Assembly (NCBI RefSeq): GCF_006345805.1
Contig: NC_043003.1
Location: forward strand, 103,974,001-104,038,000
Direction of reading: 5' to 3'
Origin: Octopus sinensis
Lineage: Eukaryota
Length of the DNA stretch: 64,000 nt
Shown: positions 36,512 through 50,180 of the stretch, one piece after another
How the letters are laid out: the number at the start of each line of letters is the position of its first letter
Numbering within the stretch: position 1 is the first letter of the stretch
The notes under the pieces: generated by a model
Told to the model about the DNA's origin: nothing
Seen by the model: only the letters and a program-made list of their open reading frames with translations
Databases searched by the model: none
Position numbers and translations under genes: made by a program

Positions 36512-38218
36512 CAAGGAATGAGGGAACTCTTCTTAACCTTTCTAGAAGCATGCTTCTAAAAAGAGGAACTACCGGTGGTATAATTGGGCAGGTGGTATGA
36601 ACCCAATAGCCAAACTGGGAGAAAAACAATTCTCTCCTTGACAACTTGTGAAGAGGCAAACACTAAGGGAGTCTATCCTGATAGTAAACTGGGTTAGAAG
36701 AGAACTAGGGAACCATTAATTCTAATCATCCCTTGGAAAGTCTGAAGACACAATGAATAAGCTGTAGTTGGGAACAGTGGGGGGAGGAGGGAACTGACTT
36801 TCAATCATGAAGATTGAACTATTCATTCACTCATAGGCACACACAAACACATTCACATCTACATCATTGCCATTATATGTTCTTACGTCTGCTTTTTTAC
36901 ACATTGGCATGAATTGGATAAGAGTTGAGGCACTATACTGTGGATGGATACATTTCCTGTCACTATCCCTTAGTTGCTGTCCCAAAACTTCAAAGTCACT
37001 ATCAACTTTTCCCTGTGAAAACAAAATAATTATGACACTCAACAGAAAGTTGAGTGATCTTTCTATTTAATGTTTGACTGAACTTTCATATATTGAGAAT
37101 ATATGAACAACAGAAATGGAGGTATCCCTCTTCAGCCATGTGAAGCCAGATTCATCATGATTTCAGCGCTCAAAACATGGCATCATTCATCTAGCTAGTG
37201 CTACTGGTTACAGATATCACTAGGGTGGAAGATGAAACATTTTATGATGTCATGCAACTTAACACATGAAGGATAGTTATTACAACTAGAACAAAACTAA
37301 AGGACAGTCAGAATCTTACTACATACATAAAACCTGAACGATGATCATTATTCACAATCAAGTATAATATGGTATTAACATGTGCCATACTTTTATGAAT
37401 GGTTTTTGGTACTCATGTAATCACAAGTAGACTGTTAAACTTATTGGTCCCGTTAAACTTCTCTCCGTGAAACATGCAGACTGTGACAGCTAAAGGTAAT
37501 GCAGACTGCACCAGCACTGGGTTTGTACTACATTGACACTCCAGAAGAATTGAAGATGGGGTTGATCTCTGTGTCACCAACACTAGACAAGTTACTGTGT
37601 TTTCAATGAGACACAATGTAAAGGCAATCTCAGCCCTTCACTTTCCTTGCTCACTTGCCAACTACAGAATATACAGGGTATATTCAGTGCACTGACAGAA
37701 GAGGGGTTGCCTTGCAAGCTGTAAGAGTGAAAAGTACTCACGATGTACATTCATTCAAGGTAACATGACCAAGGAGAGGAAGAGGAAGGAGACAGCTGTA
37801 ACAGAAGGAGAGCAAGAATGCCAATGCGTAAAAAAGCAGACGTAAGAACATATAATGGCAATGATGTAGATGTGAATGTGTTTGTGTGTGCCTATGAGTG
37901 AATGAATAGTTCAATCTTCATGATTGAAAGTCAGTTCCCTCCCCCACCCACTGTTCCCAACCACAGCTTATTCATTGTGTCTTCAGACTTTCCAAGGGAT
38001 GATTAGAATTAATGGTTCCCGAGTCCTCTTCTAACCCAGTTTACTATCAGGATAGACTCCCTTAGTGTTTGCCTCTTCACAAGTTGTCATAAGGAGAGAA
38101 TTGTTTTTCTCCCAGTTTGGCTATTGGGTTCATACCACCTGCCCAATTATACCACTGGTAGTTCCTCTTTTTAGAAGCATGCTTCTAGAAAGGTTAAGAA
38201 GAGTTCCTTCATTCCTTG
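36512..38218. repeat. Long inverted duplication: arms 36512-36910 and 37818-38218, 907-bp spacer
   Basis: Manual alignment shows ~8 substitutions and one 2-bp indel over ~400 bp. Confidence 0.97.
36887..37012 (-). CDS. Candidate exon, GKVDSDFEVLGQQLRDSDRKCIHPQYSASTLIQFMPMCKKAD
   Basis: Acceptor ttattttgttttcacag and donor GAC|gtaaga; 126 nt, phase 0-0, only one frame open; no homology recognised. Confidence 0.45.
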
Positions 38219-41200
38219 TGATCTTGCCACACATCAGACACCAACAAAATTTCTGAACCCAAGCCTTCCTATAGCTAGTTAGTCACTCACTGTTTGCTTC
38301 ATCCACCTTTTTAACAGCAATTATTTTTGTTCACAAGCATATATCTATGCCTGTGTGTATATGTATACATGTATATTTGCTCCTCTGTATATAACTGGTT
38401 CTATAAAGTCTTTCCTGTATATCATGCATAATAGCAAGGTTTAGTAAATGTGTGATGTGGTACCACTCCACATTATTCAACTATGAATAAATTTATACAG
38501 CTCTTATGTAATTAATAACACATTATAATCTATACATAATGTGCTCCAAAGTGAAATGATATTGAAACAATTGTAACCAGTATTAAACCAATGCTGTATT
38601 GATATCTTCATCCTTGTCTTATATGTACACATAAAAATGAATCATAAAATCTATTCAGATTTCAGTTTGCCAAACAAAATCAAATAACTTTAGTTACCTG
38701 TTAAAAAAAAAATTCTCTCTACAAATTAACAATCAGGTTTGTTTCTTTTACCAATGTAATATCACATGTATTTGATTGAAAGTTGAAAACCTGGTTGGTA
38801 GTATATAGTGTTTGAAGGAGAAAAGAGCAGGCTGGGTGGGATGGTGAAGAGAGAGAGAGAGCAAAGGTTGCAGTTCAACAGAAATGAGTCTAACAAAGAA
38901 AAAAAACATGCAAAAACTGCACTAAATAATAATAAAAAGGAGTAATAATAATAAAGACATAAATTTTGGGGAAGGAACAGTCAATTATATCAACTCTGGT
39001 ACTTCCTTGATACTTATTTTATCAGCTTCAGAAGAATGAAAGGAAAAATCAATCCTGGCAAAAATTCAGCTCAAAATGTAAAGTGACCCAATATTTTGAC
39101 TGCCACTCTACTGAATTATTCATTCTAGTTTTGGCACAAAACCAGCTATTTTGAGAAGGAGAGGTAAGTAAATTGTGACTCCAGTACTTGGCTGGTACTT
39201 TATCGACCTTGAAAGATTGAAAGTAAAGTTGACCTCAGCAAGATGATAATAATAATAATAATAATGGTTCCAAATTTGACACGAGGCTAGCATTTCTGAG
39301 GGGAAGGTTGTTAGTCAATACCATTGCTCCCATACATGACTGGTATTTTATCTAATAATGAATAATGATTTCTTACATAGACATATGATGAACAAATTTT
39401 AAGAGAAGAGGAATGTTTGAATATATTGATTCTAATAACTGACTGGTATTTTATTTTTATCAACCTCAAAAGAATGAAAGGAAAGTTGACTTTGGCAAGA
39501 ATGACTGACATAAAACAAGGTTAGAAATGTTAATAATAATAACAACAATAATAAAAAAGAAAGCATGATGCATCTAGTTGCTGAAGACAGCATGCAACAG
39601 TGAAAAAGATAAAGTGCAATAAGAAAATATTTTTAAAACAACTGTAATGCAAACAGATTTCAAATGAGATGATATTCTTCAATTTTCATGTTCTAACTCT
39701 GGAATAGAATAACAATGATTTGAGACTTGACAAACATCCATGCGTGTGTGTGTGTGTGTCTGCACACACACACACACACACACCTGCACGTATATATTCA
39801 AAGCTGAGGATTCACTCCAGGAAAACATTAATTAGCTTCAAATAACTAAAAGGCTATAAACACAATGGAAACTTTCTCTCCCACTCGTGCACCCCAACAC
39901 ATGAGTTTGATAGAAAGTGTAAGTATTGCTAAAAGCGCAACCGTATTCCAAATTTCATAATAAATATTGATTTTTTGCAAAGTAAGCTGCCCCCTATCAC
40001 ACAGATACACAATATATAGACAGACCAATAGATAGACAGATACAATGACAACGATGATCTTTCATAGTCTGAGAAAGATGGTTCAGCAATTTCTTGCTGA
40101 ACAACCTGTGCAAAGGATTTTATAGTAATCAAATGTTGCAGTAGCTCTCTCCCTTCATCAAATCAACATTGTCTGAACAGGTGCATAGTGTGCTACAGGC
40201 TACCAGAGGGCGCACACTCTCCTACCCTGATGTAATCTCCAGGGACACAGGCATCCAGCAATAGGACCTCCGTAATGCTATGATGAACCATGAAGTCTGG
40301 CGTAACATAGTAAATTCCATCGTCTCAACCACGATCGAACAATGATGATGATGCTACATGTTAGGTGTTGAGATTGCAGAGCAACATGAGCTGAAGTCTT
40401 TTGCTAGAGACCATAAGGCACCACCTGGTCCAGGAATTGAAACCATGATCTCAAGATCACGAGTGCAACACCCTAACTACTAGGCTATGCGCCCCCATAT
40501 TTATATTTTCTAATTAATCAGAGAAGCTGCACATATGACATCACATGGTCATCCCACTTTCAGAATAAGATTAAGATTGACATTTTTTGCATGTTCGTGT
40601 GTATGCATCAATAAATATGTGCTCATGTATAAACCTAAGTTTACATACGCATGCACATCATGAACAATATTTGTGCTTACCAATTAACCACCACTTATGC
40701 AAACACACATAAATGCTTATTATTGCCAACCCCTATACACATGCACATACATCACAACACATCACTGTTAAATTTGAAATATAATTTCAAATTTAAAATA
40801 CCATTATTCACACACACAGAAAAATGCTTTCAGTTCATCCTATGATTTCACTGATTATGTCAAAGGAGGAAGATATGACCTTTAGCAGACCCAGAAATGC
40901 CTCTGTGTGTGTGTGTGTGTGTGTGTGAATTATTTATATACTGAGCATTCTGCAGCAAATATTTAAAACAATAATGCCAGCTGCTGAAGTAGGAGAATAA
41001 GGAAGGCTGGATGAAGAAACAGCAACAAATTACTGAGATTTATTTTCTTCCCATCACAACATCAACAAGACACCCAATTTTCCTGTCAATCTGTCAGAAA
41101 TTCAACACTGTTGATGTGAACTCCTGCTTCTTACTGGCCAAAGGGTTTTAGACAATAAATAGTTTTATTTGAAGTTACAGCATCATTTCATCATTACTCT

Positions 41201-41601
41201 ATATTTTTTATTACACTTATAACAGCAATGACTGATTGTGGTGGTAACAACATACCTTGACTATTGCACTTTCAGCTTACCATAAATATGAATAAACTCT
41301 GTCACATATATGGGGGTACAGTTTCCTCAGATTAGGACACAAACTTATACATCTATGTATGAATTTATATATGTGTGTGTGTGTGTGGTTTTATGTCAAA
41401 TTATGTATAAGAGTTTAATATTAAACTGAAAGATTACTCTATACTTTTCAGTGGAGTATTAATTTATTAATTTTACAAGTAAACAGTTGACAATGGCTTC
41501 AAAGTTTCAGCTTGTTCATCATTGTCAGATGACATATATGTATGAATATAGATTTTTTTTTTGAGACTGACAGTTTGTCTTGCAACTTGAGTTACATGCA
41601 C

Positions 41602-41721
41602 CCGCGATTGTCAGGCAAGAGTAGCAGCATGAAACTCAAATCATGAGATACATTTTCAGCTTTAGTTTCAATAAAAATCATTTCCTCTACAACACGTTTT
41701 GAGCACTCCTCTTTCATTTGT
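41602..41721 (-). CDS. Candidate exon, (R)QMKEECSKRVVEEMIFIETKAENVSHDLSFMLLLLPDNR(G)
   Basis: Acceptor gttgatttatttcag; donor GG|gtgcat (or AT|gtaact 6 nt further); 120 nt open, phase 2-2; protein-like composition. Confidence 0.42.
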
Positions 41722-41919
41722 CTGAAATAAATCAACATACAGACACATATATGTGTAGAGAGAGTTGGGAGGGAAAATGAAAAGATGGGCCGATGGTCAA
41801 AAACAAGAATCATGGGCTTCACAAGTAAGTTGGTACATGGCCAAGAAGTGAAATCAATCCAATTTATGCCAGTATTGAATAAAGAAGTGAAGCACACGTA
41901 TAACTTGGCTTTGCAAGTG

Positions 41920-42270
41920 AAGACTTATGAGAGGGATGTCCATGTCTGTTGCAAGCTTGCTGATGCCTGATGTGTCCAATTTGGGACAAACAAGCATGAC
42001 TGTAGAGGCTGTATGGGAAATTAGACTGTTCAGCACTAGTTATAGTATCTTTGAGTTTACTCTGTTTTCTCTTGCCTGCAAGGATGACCCTGCAGATAGC
42101 TTCACAGGAGGATGTTACCTGGTGGACAGTGAGATGCTAGGCTTCATGGTCAGTGACAAGAGCAGACCACTGGTGGTGATCAATGTGGCAGGCACCAATG
42201 GAATTTCTTTAGAGAGTGCTTGTACCTCTTCTCTGATGTTCTTGTATCACAGTGTGATCTCAGGAAGTCG
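41920..42270 (-). mobile_element. RTE (BovB-like) LINE C-terminal fragment
   Basis: Minus translation IDHHQWSALVTDHEA...SNFPYSLYSHACLSQIGHIRHQQAC, matching the RTE C-terminal Cys/His motif. Confidence 0.7.
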
Positions 42271-42988
42271 ATCTTATACACACACATTCTTTCATTCTTT
42301 TACTTGTTTCATTCATTTGACTGCAGCCATGCTGGAGCTGGAGCATGGTCTTAGAGGGTTTTAGTTGACTTATTCTTTGTAAACCTAGTACTTATTCTAT
42401 CAAACTCTTTTGCTAAACTGCTAAGTTATGGGGACATAAACACATCAACATCGGTTGTCAAACAATAGCAGGGGGACAAACACAGTCACACACACACATA
42501 CATGATGGACTTCTTTCTACCTACCAAATCCACTCACAAGGCTTTGGTCAGCCTGAGGCTATAGTAGAAGACACTTGCCCAAGGTGCAATGCAGTGGGAC
42601 TGAACCCAGAACTATGTCATTGGGAAGCAAACTTCTTACCACACGGCCATGCTTACACACACACACACACACACACATAGTAGAAGGTTCAACAAAGAAG
42701 ACCAGCGTTTTGTATCCTGTTGTTGACACCCAATTGTAACAATTGTCAGGACACTTGATTCTAAAATGACTCAGTCTACCTAGCTGATAACAAATACTAG
42801 AGCATATAAACAACTTCTTTTTCTAAGCATTGGCATAAAATGTTAACTTGACAAGAGACTAATTCTCTTGCAGTGCAAAGAACAACTCTTCCAGTGGCTC
42901 TGAGGAAGGCATTCAGCACTCAAACACAGAACATTGTCCACCTATCATATTGTTTAGCCATTAAATCCTGATACTGGTATGGATTATA

Positions 42989-43148
42989 TATTTCTTTACT
43001 ACCCACAAGGGGCTAAACACAGAGGGGACAAACAAGGACAGACAATGGGATTAAGTCGATTACATCGACCCAAGTGCATAACTGGTACTTAATTTATTGA
43101 CCCTGAAAGGATGAAAGGCAAAGTCAACCTCGGCGGAATTTGAACTCG
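42989..43148 (-). mobile_element. 5'-truncated family A SINE with a 19-bp TSD
   Basis: gatactggtatggattata at 42970-42988 and 43149-43167. Confidence 0.9.
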
Positions 43149-46100
43149 GATACTGGTATGGATTATAGCCTCTATGTAATGTTTGGAGTGTCCAACATTT
43201 TATTTTGTGTTAATCTCCACCACCACCATCTAGTTACCATTATCTCCACTCTGAAAGTATTTTTACTCACTACATAGAGTGAATATGTCTGGTCATGGGG
43301 GAAATATTACCTTGCTTGGAAACAGGTGGGGATCAGCACCAGGCAGGACATCCAGCTGTAGAAAATCTCCCTTGATTAAGTCCATCTGTTGTAGGCAAGC
43401 ATGGTTAAGTTGACATTAAAACAAAATGTAAACTATGATAAGTATTAAAACTATCATGCAAGCCATATTTACAGTAGATTTATTTTTCAGATGATGATGA
43501 TGATGCTTGAACATGGTCGCAGTCAACTAAATTGGAACCCCTAACGTGAGTATCTTAACATAACATTTCTTGGGCTTTGAAGGAATGCAAGGAACTGTAG
43601 ATACGACAGCCTTACATGACATATAAAATGGGATAAGATTAGAATTTCACTTTTTTTTTTTAGTGACTGTAAAACTGACCTTTTCCCTCTGATTTCATAA
43701 TAATGTGAACAACAAATACATAATTTAAATTTATACTGATTGGCCAAGTAAATTAATCTTACGCTGCTGTAAGATTAGTAATAATAATAATTTTTTCTAA
43801 TTTTTGGTACCAGACCAGAACCTGAAAGGATGGAAGGCAGAGTTGACCTCAGCAAGATTTGAACTTGGAATGGGAAGAGCTAGAAGAAATGCTGCTAAGC
43901 ATTTCGTCCAATGCACTAACAAATCTGTCAGCTTGCTGCCAGTTTCAAATTTTGGCAGAAGGCCAGCAATTTTGAGGAGGGGAGGAGTCAATTATATTGA
44001 CCCCCCAGTGTTCAACTGGTACAATTTTATCGACCCTTTATGTGTATCATTCTAGATAGTGTGATTTAAGGATAATTTCAAGTAGGTCAAGTAGCTATGT
44101 AAAGGCTCTTTCAACTTTATTGGAAACACTTCCATATCTTCAGCAGTTAACTCAAGGTCACAAGTGTTTTGCTCTTTAGACTCTTCACAACCACAACAAC
44201 CTTGAACCTTGTATATATATATGTATATATATCACGTGACTGACCAGACCATCAGATGTTGCTACACATCGCTAGTCACAATGCGTCCACATTGTTTTAG
44301 CCTTCGAATGACGCCACCCCGCTGGCTAAGCAAGCAGGCCAACAGAAGAAAGAATGGTGAAAGAGTACAGCAGGGATCACCACCCCATGCTGGAGCCTCA
44401 TGGAGCTTTTAGGTGTTTTCACTCAATAAACACTCACAACGCCCGGTCTGAGAATCGAAATCGCAAGTTCGCTGCCCTAACCACTGGGCCATTGAGCTTC
44501 CACATATATATATATATATCATCAACATTATCAACGTTGGAATGAGCTGGGCAGTTTGACAAGATCTAAAATGTCAGAGGACTGTGTTGAGCTCCAATGT
44601 CTGTTTTGGCATGATATCTATGAGTGGATGCCCTACCTCGTGCCGACCACTTTACAGTGTGTGTGTATATATACAGATACACGCAAATAATCATGACTAT
44701 TGTTTTAATGTCTATTTTTCTATTCTTGCATGGTTCACACAATTTGTTGAGGCAGATTTTCTATGGTTGCCACTCATTTTGGATTATTTTAATGGAAAAA
44801 TTGCAAACAAATAACAGTTTGAATGACAGGAAAAGAAGGGCATCTGGTTGTAAAACAATGTCTCATTTCATCTAACTCATGCTAGCAACAACCGCACACA
44901 CACATCAAAAATCAACAAGAGAGCCTCTACAGGTTCTGTCAGATCAAGAGAAATAGCAGCCAAATTTCCTTTAAATCAAACACATCCATCATAAAGAAAG
45001 AATAATATTCAAGACTACGTAAAACTCCAGCAGAGACAGTCTTGTAGCCTAACCATACTTCTGTTGAAATATGTCACCTTTATTTTAATCAATTTTGAAA
45101 ATAATGAAAAGCTTAGTAAAATAACTTTACCATTATTAAGTCGGCGTTTTGAATATAAATGAACACAAACTATTGATGGAAGATTTTAATTAAATTGCTT
45201 TAAAGCAGGAAGTCTGTAGAACCAAGGGTGGTCTCACACAGGCTGGTATTTAAGAAAAGGGTGAAATATACTTTAAAATGAACTTAATTTATCTATAATC
45301 TATAGCTTCGGTATCTTAATTAATAGACACTGCAAGTGAATGCACAGATATGCAAATGAGAATAATTAGTGCCTGTTAATCATTGCAATCTTTGTAAGCA
45401 AGCTGTATTTTGCTTGCTCTGAATAGGATGAACATGCGAAGACACTTCATAAACAGTTGAAAGTAGGAGCTGTTCTCTAGTTTGTTCTACAGAAACAGCA
45501 CTAAGGCTTCACCACAGGGTCACTTAAACACAGAGGTTGAATATATTCCTCAATCATTGGACAGTGTAGTTTTATATACAGAATGTATCTAATGATAACA
45601 GAACACTCAAACACAAAAATTGCTTGTTCAAGGCCAGAACACTGATTAGAGATCTGCTCAATCAAGGAATTTGTCGTCATCATCATCATCATTGCTTTAA
45701 TGTCCACTTTTCCATGCTTGTATGGGTCAGAAAGAATTTACTGAGGTACATTTTCTACAGCTGGATGTCCTTTTTGTCACCAATCCTCACACACACACAC
45801 ATACAATGGGCTTCTTTCAGTTTAATCTACCAAATTCACTCACATGGCTCAGCGCTAGTGTAGGAAGCACTTGTCCAAGGTGCCATGCAGTGAAACTGAA
45901 TCCAAAACAAGGTGGTTGGGGAGCAAATTTCTTAACTGCATATCCGTACCTGCATACATATTTGTATGTGTCTGTATGCGTGTGTGTGTGTGTGCATATT
46001 TTACACACACATACTGCACTGTAACACATCATGGTTTTGGCACCTTTTGATAGTGTCACTTACGCTAATAGTTCCGAGCATCACTGATGCTGGGTGTTTA

Positions 46101-46264
46101 CATCTTGAATTCTTTTGGCTTACATTATTATAAATTTTTAATCTCTTCTTGTTATCTTTGCAGCCACCACACTAACCCAGAGGAAGCTGCAACAACCCCA
46201 ACAATGAAATTATACCTTGAGGATATATACAAATATATGCATAAATATATTAACACCTTTACAT

Positions 46265-46620
46265 CTATTTTCCCAGGCTTGCATAGGAAAAAGGGTCTTC
46301 CTCAGAACAGTTTTTCATTACTTGTTGGATCCTCAGTGAAACTCCAACTTTTGAGATTAGCTTTCAACATGTTTTCCTATATCTTCTTCAATTTTTTTCT
46401 TCCACAGGTTCCTTTCAATTGGATAACTCGGTATTTATTTACTATCATTCTCCAAATGCATGACATGTCCATATCAACACAATATTTGCTCTTGTACACC
46501 GATTCCTCAATTGACTTAGTTGATTTCTGTGCCCTCATTCAGAGATACTAAACTTACACATCCAGTCGAGTGTACTCATTTTTTTCCCAGCTATCACTTA
46601 TTTTATACATTTTTGTTACC
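46265..46620 (-). mobile_element. RTE LINE 3' fragment
   Basis: Minus strand YGHVMHLEND...KKIEED, similar to 14105-14425; accounts for much of ORF 46087..46551 as antisense. Confidence 0.65.
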
Positions 46621-46703
46621 ATTCAAACCACTAAGTGACAGGGACGTAAACACACCAGCATCGGTTGTCAAGCAATGCTAGGGGGACAAACACAGACATA
46701 GAA

Positions 46704-46750
<47 letters not shown>

Positions 46751-48202
46751 TACGACAGGCTTCTTTCAGTTTCCGTCTACCAAATCCACTCACAAGGCAT
46801 TGGTTGGCCCGGGGCTATAGCAGAAGACACTTGCCCAAGATGCCACGCAGTGGAACTGAACCCGGAACCATGTGGTTGGTTAGCAAGCTACTTTCCACAC
46901 AGCCACTCCTACGCCTATATATATACACATAAAAAAAACATATATGTATGTACAGAGCTGTGCCTCCCCCATTTCCTCTGGAAGATATCCTTACCACTCA
47001 TCATATCTGTCAGCAGTATTCTACTGCTCTAAGTAAATGTGTGGTGAACTGCATATTTCAACAGCTTTCCCCCAATACCACTTATCCTTCATACTATAAC
47101 TATTTTACTCCTAATCCATCCTTCATTCTCAAAACTGTCCTCTCCACCCACTTTTACGCTGATCACTCAACCACACAGTTTCTCTCATCCTCCCTTATTC
47201 CTCACCTGTCTAGTGTATCATTATAACTATTCTGTTGCTCTTCATCTATCCTTTCATGGTCAGTCATTTCCTACTCTCCACTCCATATATATCATTGAAT
47301 ACCTCCACCATTCATTACATCCACTCCCAATGCTATCAAATTTTAACAGTTGTCACCTACTCTCCCCTACCTTCTCTAGTTATCATCCCTCAATACCTGT
47401 TCTTCATTATATTCACCCCTATTCCATTCCTATCTCTAACCGTCTTTTGTACTTCTATACATTCTTACAACCTCTACCCACTGACATTCTCTGTTCCCAT
47501 TCACTTCTAACCACCTCGTTCTTTAAAGGTATACCCTGACACCCCATCACCACTATTTTATCTCTTTAGTTACATAACTCTCTTCTGCGACAAGAAGTCT
47601 ATTCTCTTCTGGCAATTTTCTCATACTTTACTCCCTCATCTCTAAGCAGAAAGCCACCTACTTCGACAGAAGCCCCACTCAGATGACTCAGTTGAAGGGG
47701 ATCTTAGTCTTGTGGCTGAATGATAACTTCACTAGTGCTGTTATCACACATATAAACATACACATCTATACACATGCACACAAAGTCATATACACATACA
47801 CTTGAAGTTTTTCAGTATTGAACTGCATGTTTTTTGCAGTTCACTTGTTTATTGCGTTCATGTTTTTCTATAGTTTTGAGTTATCATCAGTGTCCTTGGC
47901 TGGCTGTGGTACGTTTGTATCATCATCATACCTGGTAAAAATGGCTGACTGTATGACTGAAGGCATGCTTGAGAGAGCCACTGTGAACAATAATGGTTTT
48001 AATACTACTTATTATTTTATATTTATCATTCTTTTTATACTTTTTGGAAAAAATTTTTTTATATATATGTATATATATTATTTATATATATATCTATATA
48101 TATATATATATATATTAATTATATTTATATTATTTGTTATTTATGTATTGGTTTATGTCTATCACTGTTTGAGTTGCCTAATAGTGGTTTTATCTCTAAT
48201 TC

Positions 48203-48240
<38 letters not shown>

Positions 48241-48259
48241 AAACACACACACGTTTTTA

Positions 48260-50180
48260 GTTGCTGAATCTGGAGGAAAGAACAGTGTGTAAGCCCAATT
48301 AGGCCTACCTTGACTCATGAGCTTGATTCTGTTAATGTGCCATTTTAACCATAGTGAGTCCACACCTGCAGGAAAGACATAGGCAAGGAAGATATTCCAG
48401 AAGGATGATGTTCTGAGGAAAAAAGAATTGGTATAATGATTAGCACAGAGTCTGGATGCTGACCCCATCATGGACGACAAGATGTAGAGAAACATGAGTC
48501 AAGCTTTCTTTGTGGAGGAAGTACAAACCCATTTAACTCCAAAAAACAGGGATTGGGCCACAGGCTAGAGTATGTGTTGAGTGATTTAATGCTTATCAGT
48601 TGAGTGGTTCTTCTCTATTTGCAGTACCCTATTGTACCCAGGACATAATGTTTGGGGGTATGACTAATTTGCATCTGGTAGTGGGAACCTGGTTTAGGTA
48701 TTCCAGAGTTTTAAGGATTCTGAAACCATCCACTGGCCCCTACTGTTCCAAGGTGTACTCTGATCTAGAGTAGTAGCACCTTTCAGGGCCCCAGCAATAG
48801 GTGAATTAGCATATTAGGACTTGCCTGCCTATGCATGTGAAGACTGGGTGTGGTAGAAGCCTTCATGGTTCAGTGGAAAAGCAGATTCTGCAGCAATGAA
48901 TTGTGGAGTGCAGAGAGCAACAGGAGACAAATAAGACATATTGGTCATCCATTGCTTCCCTCACCATTCCTGGTCAATTTGACTTAGACCTGTGAGGTTG
49001 ATGGTGTGCAACTCTTGACTTTGTTTTAAAGTCACAGTCTAAGTCATCCAGAAGAATGACTAGATGGTCCTCATTTCTCTAATGAATAAACATTATTGTG
49101 GGCCATACTTGAGTGGTAGTAGTTGCTGGAAGCTAAATTTTTTTCTGGCACTGAGAAGAGCCATTTTGAGGAATGCAGTGTTAGTTATATTATGGATGCT
49201 TTTCTTGAGAGCTTTCCTCAGTGTTAGTAAGGCCCAGCATTTGGAACAACTGTGAGGTTTCCCATTAAAAGCTGCTCTTTATATAGGCGGGGATGTATGG
49301 TATGATAGTAATTTTTGTATGAACAATGCTTGAGTTTTTTACTGTTAAAAGAGACAAAACAAGTAGGCCTCCATTTGAGGATGCACTAAAGGTCTTTGTA
49401 CACAGAATCAGTGCAGGTTTGGCATGCATTATCTACAGGTCCTTGACATAGAGAAGGGAGTGGGACAGAAAGCTCTGGAGCAATGATGCAATTAAATAGG
49501 AAGCTAGCAATCTAAGATATGAGAGATGGGTGAAGTAGTAAGTTTTAGTAGATTTGCATGCCAGACAGTCAAATGCATTGCTGATGTCTCAAGCAACAAC
49601 ATTGCTTTCACTAAACTTCTCTAAAATGAGACCCTACTACTGAATGACACAAGAGAGTAGATCTCCAGGATCTGGTTCTGTTGAAGTTGTACAAGTGGTC
49701 ACCGAGGAAAGAGAATATTTTAAGATGTTGGAGAACATCTTTGTCATTGCCTGTCTTCATTATTTTAGAAATGTCAGCAGTGAGAGCAATAGGATGATAT
49801 CTGCCTGAGTCAAAGAAGTTGCCTTTCTTTGAAATAATATACACTGCAATCTGCTTCCAAATGTCAGGTTATAACATTGTAGAGAGCAAGAGTTTGATGA
49901 GTAAAGGAGCAAGTTCTGGAGTGCAATGAAAGGGATAATGGAACTATTATTAAACTTGGTATGTGAATATGTGAGTTGGGGAGCCTGATGGAGACAAGGG
50001 AGAAGACCTGGAGGGGATTGGCCAAAAGTGTGTAGTGTGGAGCTGGATGCAAAGTGGGCAATGAAGGTAGAGGTTTGCTACCTGGGGATATTGCTCAAGG
50101 TGGTGAAGAGGGTTCTGTAGAGTTTGTGAAGATTTGGCAAGGAACCAGAAGGACTGGCTGAAGTTTGGGAGTCAAGAATG
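48260..50180 (-). mobile_element. Degraded CR1/L2-group LINE ORF2 (endonuclease end plus RT)
   Basis: Minus translation KKGNFFDSGRYHPIALTADISKIM...DHLYNF and ESNVVA*DISNAFD-VWHANLL; many stops. Confidence 0.85.

Noticed and set aside
43491-43545. Plus-strand segment with strong acceptor and gtgagt donor
   Set aside because: Starts in a (GAT)n retroelement tail and is closed in all frames.
45513-45588. Minus peptide YILYIKLHCPMIEEYIQPLCLSD resembling the trypsin-family IQPICLP motif
   Set aside because: The catalytic-Asp (DIAL) context is missing and there are no His/Ser-motif exons nearby; likely chance.
46087-46551. 154-aa plus-strand ORF
   Set aside because: Mostly antisense to an RTE 3' fragment; composition is not protein-like.
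47000-47700. Strongly C/T-skewed block with overlapping ORFs
   Set aside because: Probably an old retroelement relic, but I could not read any diagnostic motif.
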